Shown here in pieces: positions 35,111 through 41,558 of a stretch of DNA of 41,558 nucleotides. Every line of letters begins with the position of its first letter. Position 1 is the first letter of the stretch. The notes beneath the pieces were generated by a model. It was not told the origin of the DNA. It did no database searches and was given only the letters and a program-made list of their open reading frames with translations. Position numbers and translations under genes: made by a program. The DNA comes from a virus, in UHGV virus genome UHGV-1354519; one strand, 5' to 3'.

Positions 35111-35251
35111 TTTATTGACATCTTTTAATGACTGTTCTACACCGTACAGTTTTTTGTCAACACCGGACAGTGCCTTTTCCAGCTTGGAAGTATCGCCGCC
35201 AATCTCTATGGTAATTCCTTTTATTCTGCTCCCTGCCCTTACATCCCTCCT

Positions 35252-35446
35252 TTACAGTGCATCAATATCCGCCTGTGTTGCAATTTTCGGATAATCATAC
35301 TCATCATTCTTCATTTCGATAAACATATCGTTGATCATTCCAATGCTTAACAGGTCTAAATCAGAAATAGAAATACCGCACTGTGCACATCGAAGCATGA
35401 ACAATGCGGTATTGACCTCACGATCTATTTCCCTCTCTTTTTTTTT
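35252..35446 (-). other. T extension of the G/GT chaperone reached by a -1 frameshift on the A9 tract (35438-35446)
   Basis: The -1 frame reads KKKEREIDREVNTALFMLRC...ADIDAL and stops at the TAA at 35252-35254. Confidence 0.55.
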
Positions 35447-35844
35447 GGAACTGACATCTGTTTATTTTCTGACTTCCACATTTCCATGATTTCCGGCAGA
35501 ATCTCATAGATATCAAATGTCTCGAACTGATCCAACCACTCGTTGATATCGTCCGGCTGGTCAGGATCGCCATGTTTATGCATCAGAAAGGCAATGTTTT
35601 CAAACATTTCCAGTGATTCGATCGGGATTCCACTTTCAAACTTACTTTCATCAAATTCTGTACCTTCTTTTTCGCATTTTTTCTGCATCTCGTCTTTGAG
35701 TTTTTCCTGGATCTTGATCTGCTTTTCAATTTTCTGCATATCTACAAAAATATCTCTCCCAAATTTCAGTCGATAAATCCGTGGGATTGCGGCAGAACTT
35801 TTGAATTTATATTCTGTTCCATTGATTGTGATCGTCTTTCTCAT
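35425..35844 (-). CDS. tail assembly chaperone G
   Basis: 139 aa, ending in the slippery sequence CCAAAAAAAAAG. Confidence 0.65.
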   Translation of the reverse strand: MRKTITINGTEYKFKSSAAIPRIYRLKFGRDIFVDMQKIEKQIKIQEKLKDEMQKKCEKEGTEFDESKFESGIPIESLEMFENIAFLMHKHGDPDQPDDINEWLDQFETFDIYEILPEIMEMWKSENKQMSVPKKKRGK

Positions 35845-35856
35845 CCTGTTCTCCTT

Positions 35857-36393
35857 TTATGCTGCAACTTCCTGATCTGGAATGTACACCTTATCAAACC
35901 ATTTTTCGTATAAGTCATCTGTTGTATCTGCTGTTGTCTTTGCCCGAACTGCCATTTTCTTAGCTGTTCCAAGCTGTACAGCGGATGCAGAAACTGTGAC
36001 AGTGTCAGTTGTAGGTTCAATCGCGTCCTCTGTTGTGCTGGATTCTGTTGTAGGACGTGTAGAGGTACAGCAATAGAACCAGAACCGTGTTCCCCTCACA
36101 TCGCCGTCAATTTCAAATCCCAGCGCAAACCGTTTTACTTTTGCAGTCGCTTCTTCCAGCATGACTTTGTTCTTGTCAATGTATTCACTTAAAATCTTTT
36201 CCCGGAACTCATCCGTGATCAGCGCCATTTCCCAGTCTCCCTCATATCCGCTATTGGAAGAAGAAACATAATACTTGATTCCATCCGCATAAAACGGTGT
36301 CAGTTCTCCCTGTGCTTCCAGTGAAAGCGATACGGAGCCAGGTACCGCAAACGGTGTGTCAAATGTAATTTCTCCCGTCTCACTCTCCTGCAA
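35857..36393 (-). CDS. major tail protein
   Basis: 178 aa, positioned immediately before the chaperone and TMP. The Thr/Ser-rich C-terminus is typical. Confidence 0.6.
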   Translation of the reverse strand: MQESETGEITFDTPFAVPGSVSLSLEAQGELTPFYADGIKYYVSSSNSGYEGDWEMALITDEFREKILSEYIDKNKVMLEEATAKVKRFALGFEIDGDVRGTRFWFYCCTSTRPTTESSTTEDAIEPTTDTVTVSASAVQLGTAKKMAVRAKTTADTTDDLYEKWFDKVYIPDQEVAA

Positions 36394-36465
36394 AAGCGCA
36401 ACATGCGCATTATGGATATTGAATTTGACTTTATCCTTTTTTGTTGCCTGTCTTTTTTCCCTTAC

Positions 36466-36783
36466 TTAGCCCTCCACTTCATATAATACTTCATACATAT
36501 TTTCTGATTTAATATACTGTTCACTTTTCTGCCAGAAGAGATCTGCTGCATCAAGTGCCGCTTCTACACGTTCCTCCAGTTCAAAGTCCTTTTCATCTGT
36601 GTACAGTTCAATATCAACTTTGTCTGATTTAAAATATACCTTCCCATCTGCGGAAAAATTTCTCGTTTCCGGAATCAACCAGCAAATAAAAGGAGGATTC
36701 ACCGCCTCACGTTCTTCGAAATGATGATACCGATATTCAATTTCCAGTACATCCAGAATTGCTTCTATCCTCTCCTTTGTCAT
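36466..36783 (-). CDS. putative tail completion/terminator-like protein
   Basis: Called by position only. Confidence 0.3.
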   Translation of the reverse strand: MTKERIEAILDVLEIEYRYHHFEEREAVNPPFICWLIPETRNFSADGKVYFKSDKVDIELYTDEKDFELEERVEAALDAADLFWQKSEQYIKSENMYEVLYEVEG

Positions 36784-37163
36784 AAATATCGTTCTGTCCT
36801 TTCCTGTAGAATTTCCTTTGCGTGCTTTTCTGCAATTTTGATATGCGGGATCCCGTCCACTCTTCCACCATTCCTCTTTGCGTGTCCTTTTTCCAGCAAA
36901 TGTGTAAGCCGGTATTCCGGCTTTTGGGAATATACCACCATATCATAGCGGTGCCTTCCACTCAAATTTTCGTCTCGTTTATAGCTCCAGTGCTTTGCAT
37001 ATTCACCGGTATCTCCTTCCGGTGATATGGAACGTAATTCCGCAGCTGTCTGCTTCGCCGTCTCTTTCACTGCTTTTTCCACTGCTTCCTGTACATCCTC
37101 ACGATACGCATCTAACTCCTGCATGACTTCGATTGCGAACTGATCAATATTAATTTTCGGCAT
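36780..37163 (-). CDS. HK97 gp10-family neck protein
   Basis: The segment HRYDMVVYSQKPEYRLTHLLEKGH looks like HK97 gp10. Confidence 0.55.
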   Translation of the reverse strand: MPKINIDQFAIEVMQELDAYREDVQEAVEKAVKETAKQTAAELRSISPEGDTGEYAKHWSYKRDENLSGRHRYDMVVYSQKPEYRLTHLLEKGHAKRNGGRVDGIPHIKIAEKHAKEILQERTERYL

Positions 37164-37506
37164 GGTTTCTCACATCCTCATAAGTCGTTACTACTCTTTC
37201 CAGAGAAAGCAGTAAACAAGGTGGCGCTGCATCATATTTATTCTGGATCTGTATGATCTTGTACTGCTTTTCTCCGATTATGCAGATGTCCATCGTAGAA
37301 ATGTCTTCTACTGGCAGAATTGCAACTACTTCGTCAATCTGATTGGATAATACCTTTGCCTCATAGAACCGTTTGATTCCAACTGTACGAAATCCGAATC
37401 GAATTCCAGCTTGCCTGGTCTCTACAATCTTCCGGCCTTTTACGCTACATATATCCAGTGATCCATCGTTAAATGTGGTAAACTTTGTATCCTTACGTCT
37501 CGGCAT
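37150..37506 (-). CDS. head closure (head-tail joining) protein
   Basis: SPP1 gp16-like. The YKIIQIQN block is typical. Start is taken at MPRRKD. Confidence 0.5.
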   Translation of the reverse strand: MPRRKDTKFTTFNDGSLDICSVKGRKIVETRQAGIRFGFRTVGIKRFYEAKVLSNQIDEVVAILPVEDISTMDICIIGEKQYKIIQIQNKYDAAPPCLLLSLERVVTTYEDVRNHAEN

Positions 37507-37789
37507 TGCATCCACCCGCTTTTCTTCGAAAACTGCGCATCTGCAGTGATATGATTTCTGATTTATAATTTTGAATAAACTCATCTACCTGACCGGCTCT
37601 TGCATACATGCAGTAATTTAAGAGCAGCTCTTTTTCTTGTGTTTCGCTTTCAAAATCACAAAATCCTATTTTGCCCTCAAGGTACGCTTTTCCTCTCTCT
37701 ACGATACCAGAGAGCTTTTTACGCTCCCTGATATCCATATCCCATGTAATATCCAGAAAATTCTTCACATCTTCTAACAGATCGCTCAT
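37493..37789 (-). CDS. head-tail connector (gp6-like adaptor)
   Basis: 98 aa, immediately after the capsid gene. Confidence 0.5.
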   Translation of the reverse strand: MSDLLEDVKNFLDITWDMDIRERKKLSGIVERGKAYLEGKIGFCDFESETQEKELLLNYCMYARAGQVDEFIQNYKSEIISLQMRSFRRKAGGCNAET

Positions 37790-37791
37790 GA

Positions 37792-39237
37792 TTATGCCTC
37801 ATTCTTTGTTACAGTCACCTGATATGTCTTGGTTGTCTTTCCATCTGTCACTTTTGCTTTTACTACATTTCCTGCGCCGGAAGCCCATGTAACTCTGCTG
37901 CCGTTTGCAATCGGTTTATCATTGTAGGTCAATTCCAGTTCTGCAGTGCTGTCTGCGATTACCGCCTGCACCGTGTTTGATGCGTCTGTTGTTGTCAAAG
38001 TATATGTCAATGTTCCTTCTGCGAACTCCGGTGTCAGTGTATGTCCCCCTACCTTGAAATCTGCAAGATTTGCATTTTCCACATTTTCTACACTTGGAAC
38101 AACTTCCACTTCATAATGTGCTGGCTGCAGATCACTGATGTCCAAAAGCATGAAGGCATTATCATCTACTGCAAATCCATGACCATACATTTTGATCAGG
38201 TAAACCCTTTCATCTTCCAGGAATCTGTAATCATCTGAATACAGGATTCTTCCGTTATTTTCGATTCCAGATCCCATGAAGTAAAGCTTTGCCATACCAA
38301 ATACAGCCTTTCCGACTCCTACCGCCGGAGACTGGATCACATCGATCGGGAATGGTAGTGTACTTACATATCCACCGCCCGGCGCTGGTCTCTGTGTTGC
38401 CGGAAGGACTTTGCTGAAATAATCTGACGGATTTACCACCAGAATCAGTGTGTCTACGGTTCTTGCCTGTCCTTTTTCATTGATTGCCAGAACAGCCGCC
38501 AGTTTTCCAAGCTGCACATCATTAAACTTTGTAACCTTTACTGCTTTTTTATCCGGATATACTCCACCCTTGATCGTAACAGAGTCTCCCACCTGTTTTG
38601 TCATACCGATTGGCATGTCTTTTCCAGTTCCATTAATGATGCCGTCTTCCAATCCATTTGCAAGCGCTTCATACAGGACCTGTCTCACATAAGTATCCAA
38701 CCATTCTGGCCCCAGATCCAACATTGCTTTACACACCGGAAGAAATGCGGACAGTTTACTCAGTGTCACATCTACCTCTTTAAATCCGGATGTCAGCTCC
38801 TGGATGATCTCTGCGCAAAGTTTTCCCCATGCTGCTTTCTGATATCCATTCGTATTCATCATCATTCGTGTCAACCCTGTTACGGATGTAAACTGGATTT
38901 TGGACAACAGCGGATGATCTGTTTTCAAATCTTCAAATACTTTGTCAATTACGGTATATGGCATTACCACATCCAGATTTTCTACCGCCTGTTTCGGATT
39001 CGGTGCTTTCATGGCTTCTGCCAGTTTCTGATAATATTCTTTTTCTTTGGATGTCAGCTGTCTTACGCCGCGCTCAGACAGAATTCTCTGATCTGCTTCT
39101 TCTACGATTCCCCGTGCCTGTTCGATGACACTTTCCTGAATCTTATCGCACAGCTCCACAAACGCTGCCTGGAACTGCTCTGCATCTCCGGCTGTGATCG
39201 CCTCATTCATCTTCTGTACGATTGCTGTTTTTTCCAT
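37792..39237 (-). CDS. major capsid protein (HK97 fold) with N-terminal delta/scaffold domain and C-terminal Ig-like domain
   Basis: 481 aa. Helical N-terminal ~100 aa. The C-terminal ~90 aa is a beta-rich Thr/Val repeat. Confidence 0.8.
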   Translation of the reverse strand: MEKTAIVQKMNEAITAGDAEQFQAAFVELCDKIQESVIEQARGIVEEADQRILSERGVRQLTSKEKEYYQKLAEAMKAPNPKQAVENLDVVMPYTVIDKVFEDLKTDHPLLSKIQFTSVTGLTRMMMNTNGYQKAAWGKLCAEIIQELTSGFKEVDVTLSKLSAFLPVCKAMLDLGPEWLDTYVRQVLYEALANGLEDGIINGTGKDMPIGMTKQVGDSVTIKGGVYPDKKAVKVTKFNDVQLGKLAAVLAINEKGQARTVDTLILVVNPSDYFSKVLPATQRPAPGGGYVSTLPFPIDVIQSPAVGVGKAVFGMAKLYFMGSGIENNGRILYSDDYRFLEDERVYLIKMYGHGFAVDDNAFMLLDISDLQPAHYEVEVVPSVENVENANLADFKVGGHTLTPEFAEGTLTYTLTTTDASNTVQAVIADSTAELELTYNDKPIANGSRVTWASGAGNVVKAKVTDGKTTKTYQVTVTKNEA

Positions 39238-39260
39238 TTCTAATACATCTAAATTTTTCC

Positions 39261-39986
39261 TTAAATCATGCCTCCTCTAAAAAGATTTAATACGTTGTTT
39301 TTTCTTGGTTTCTTGTCTTCCTGTGATTTCTGCATTGCTGCAATCTGCTGCCGGAAGCTCTCCTGACTGTTTAACTGTCTTTGCATATCGGACAGCTTCT
39401 CCAGAATCTCTTCTGTGTTTACCGGTTCTGCTGTCTTTCCCATGATCTCATCAATGAGTCCATATTCCAGCGCCTTTTCCGGAGTGAGGTAAGTCTCATT
39501 TTCCATTAACTCAATCAACTCACTTTCCTCAATCTTCGCCCTTTCTAGAAAAACTTGCCGGTTTGCTTCCATCATGTCATCCAGATCATCTGCATATTTT
39601 CTCAGTTGTGTTGCATTGCCTGAGCAATACATCCACATATTGTGTATCAGTGCCGTTGTACCTAAACACATTTTTCTTGTGTCACACGCCTGTAGAATCA
39701 AAAACGCAACACTGTGTGCTACGCCATCCACAATCCCGACTTTCTGGTTTTGTTTTTGCTTCAGTAAATTGTAAATAGCAACGCCCTCTTTTACGGATCC
39801 GCCATTTGAGTTGATATGCAGCTCAATTGTCTGTCCTTCTGGAATTTCACTCAGTTTCTCTGCAAAATATTTTGCAGAAGTCTCCGAGTTCTTATATTCC
39901 CATGCGTTCCAGTCAAATTCTCCATATTCTGTCACATCATCATAAATGTACAGAAGTGTTTTGTTCTCTGCCTGAACAGGCTGCAT
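39261..39986 (-). CDS. ClpP-like prohead protease (S14) with a coiled-coil scaffold-like C-terminus
   Basis: The segments IELHINSNGGSV and GIVDGVAHSVAFLI are ClpP-like. Confidence 0.8.
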   Translation of the reverse strand: MQPVQAENKTLLYIYDDVTEYGEFDWNAWEYKNSETSAKYFAEKLSEIPEGQTIELHINSNGGSVKEGVAIYNLLKQKQNQKVGIVDGVAHSVAFLILQACDTRKMCLGTTALIHNMWMYCSGNATQLRKYADDLDDMMEANRQVFLERAKIEESELIELMENETYLTPEKALEYGLIDEIMGKTAEPVNTEEILEKLSDMQRQLNSQESFRQQIAAMQKSQEDKKPRKNNVLNLFRGGMI

Positions 39987-40088
39987 TCTCCAGTTTGTTA
40001 TGTTTTTCCTTGTCTCACCTCTTTCCTGGTTTGATTTATAAAAAGAGCACCTACCATTTCTGATAGATGCTCTGATTACTGTATTTGG

Positions 40089-40295
40089 TTATTCAATATT
40101 ACGTTTCATCTTTTCTGCTAAAATAGAAAGTGTGGCCAATTTAACAGTCTTACTGTTACTTTTTCTAAAACTTTTCTCCATAGCATCTAATGCTTCAATA
40201 GGAACTTTCTCTACTACAGATATGAAATATGGAGCAATATCGAAAGTCTCTTTTGCATCCTGTTTTTCTATTGACACTGACTTTGTTTCTCTCAC
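40089..40295 (-). CDS. hypothetical protein
   Basis: 68 aa, between the transposase and the protease. Confidence 0.3.
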   Translation of the reverse strand: MRETKSVSIEKQDAKETFDIAPYFISVVEKVPIEALDAMEKSFRKSNSKTVKLATLSILAEKMKRNIE

Positions 40296-40370
40296 TACTG
40301 GAAGTTTCTCGCCCTCTTTTACTCTGAAATAGAAATCAACTAGTATAACGAATATTAAATAATTGCTATA

Positions 40371-41537
40371 TTAAATTGATACTGCTTCCTCTTCACTGAT
40401 TTCATCCATTTTATACTTCCAGTGATAAACCACGGGTTCACGGTTCACTTCGTCAAAGTACTTGTAAATTCGTTCTTCCAACTCCTGTTTGGTATTGACA
40501 CGAATTCCTCGAAGCATCTGTCTGGTCATCTTGCTGAAGAAGCTTTCAATCATGTTTAACCATGAGCCATGTTTTGGTGTAAACACAAATTTAAAACGTC
40601 CCTTTGGCATAGTATCCAGAAAGCGCCGTGTTTCTTTGGAAGTATGTGCAGAATGATTATCCAGGATGATCCGAATGGTATCCTGTGATGGATATTTTTT
40701 GTCCAGTATCTTTAAAAACTCAATAAAATCAGAACTCTTATGGGTCTCACTTACTAACGGAATTGCTTCTCCAGTGAGTAAATCAATGCCAGCCAGTAAA
40801 GAGAGCGTTCCCAGACGTTTGTATTCTGCATCACGATATACTTCCCCATGTTCTGATGTCGGGCGTAAATCCGGTGCCGTATTGGAGATTGCCTGAATGC
40901 CCGGCTTCTCATCATACGATACCGTAATCGTCAGTTTATAATCGTCTGGAACAATGAGATCACCATTTTCATCAAACTGCATTTCAATCTGCTTATAAAC
41001 CAACAGAACCTCATGCATTTTTGATTCAAAATCAGGATCCCGTTTTTCACAGTAATATTTGATTTTAAAGGGTTTCATATCCTGTTCCTTAAGAAATTTC
41101 TGGATATACGGTTTGGTAACGGTTGAAAGCCTTGGATATCCCGCTTCTTCTGCATGTTTCTGAATGTATTTGTGGAGAGAGGTCAACGTCCACAATTCCT
41201 GTGCATAACCGAGTTCTGTCGGTCTCTGACACGCAATATGAATCATCCATGCTTTTGCATCATCAGTGATTTCCGATGGACGTCCAGGACGCTGAACATC
41301 AAACAGTGCAGCATCTAAACCGCCTTTCTGAAACTTCGAAATACAAAGGCGTACCGTTGCAGTACTAATGGCAAGTTTATCAGCAATTTGCTGGAATGTC
41401 ATTCCATCGGCTTTATATAAAAGGATTCTGGCACGGTCCACAACTTGTGCCTGAATGGTTCTCTTTTTGGATAATGCTTTAAGGTAATCTCTGTCTTCAT
41501 CTGACAGAGGAAGATATGTTTTTCTCATAGTGTTCAT
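40371..41537 (-). mobile_element. IS630/Tc1-mariner family transposase (DDE_3) gene; element termini not identified
   Basis: 388 aa. An N-terminal HTH. A DDE region with ILDNHSAHTS and HGSWLNMIESFF. Confidence 0.8.
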
Positions 41538-41558
41538 CCTTTCTTAGATAACACTATT

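Noticed and set aside
40300-41558. Search for IS630 terminal inverted repeats and a TA target duplication around the transposase gene, including across a hypothetical circular junction
   Set aside because: No convincing 15 bp or longer inverted pair was found between 40296-40370 and the window end or start. The element boundaries therefore remain undefined.

Overview
The window reads as a complete or nearly complete temperate siphovirus genome, or its prophage. It has an HK97-like morphogenesis module and comes from a low-GC Firmicute; the ORF6N, PcfJ/K, TcdE-like holin and collagen-like fibre proteins suggest Clostridia. Almost all genes are on the minus strand; the exceptions are a large serine integrase and two small lysogeny-side genes. 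In transcription order (minus strand, high to low coordinates): IS630-family transposase; ClpP-like prohead protease; HK97-fold major capsid; connector, head-closure and gp10-like proteins; major tail protein; tail chaperone G/GT with a poly-A -1 frameshift; 1013-aa tape measure; Dit; Tal; tail lysozyme with an NlpC/P60 domain; a six-gene modular fibre/baseplate cluster with two collagen-like proteins; TcdE-like holin; NlpC/P60+ricin endolysin; Amidase_2 lysin; the plus-strand large serine integrase with palindromic attP candidates on both sides; a lysogeny/early region (short XRE HTH, DUF2829/Tad2-like protein, duplicated promoter-operator units, a 265-bp ORF-free region bracketed by a 21-bp perfect inverted repeat); a plasmid-like replication module (HUH rolling-circle Rep with a pC194-type CTTGATA nick motif upstream, pseudo-RNase H, PcfK-like and PcfJ-like proteins, PAPS-reductase-like protein); small early proteins (YopX, DUF551, Cys-rich peptides); an ArpU-like late activator; two phage tRNAs (Arg-CCU, Ile-UAU); HNH endonuclease; terS/terL; portal; then a Bro-N antirepressor-like gene, an autoregulated RHH gene and an ORF6N gene. 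Portal and prohead protease sit at opposite ends of the window. I read this as a circularly permuted, arbitrarily linearised ~41.6 kb genome with an accessory/IS insertion between portal and protease. There are no CRISPR arrays, rRNA genes or reverse transcriptase. All coordinates were checked against the ORF track. Domain calls come from remembered family signatures, not database searches.
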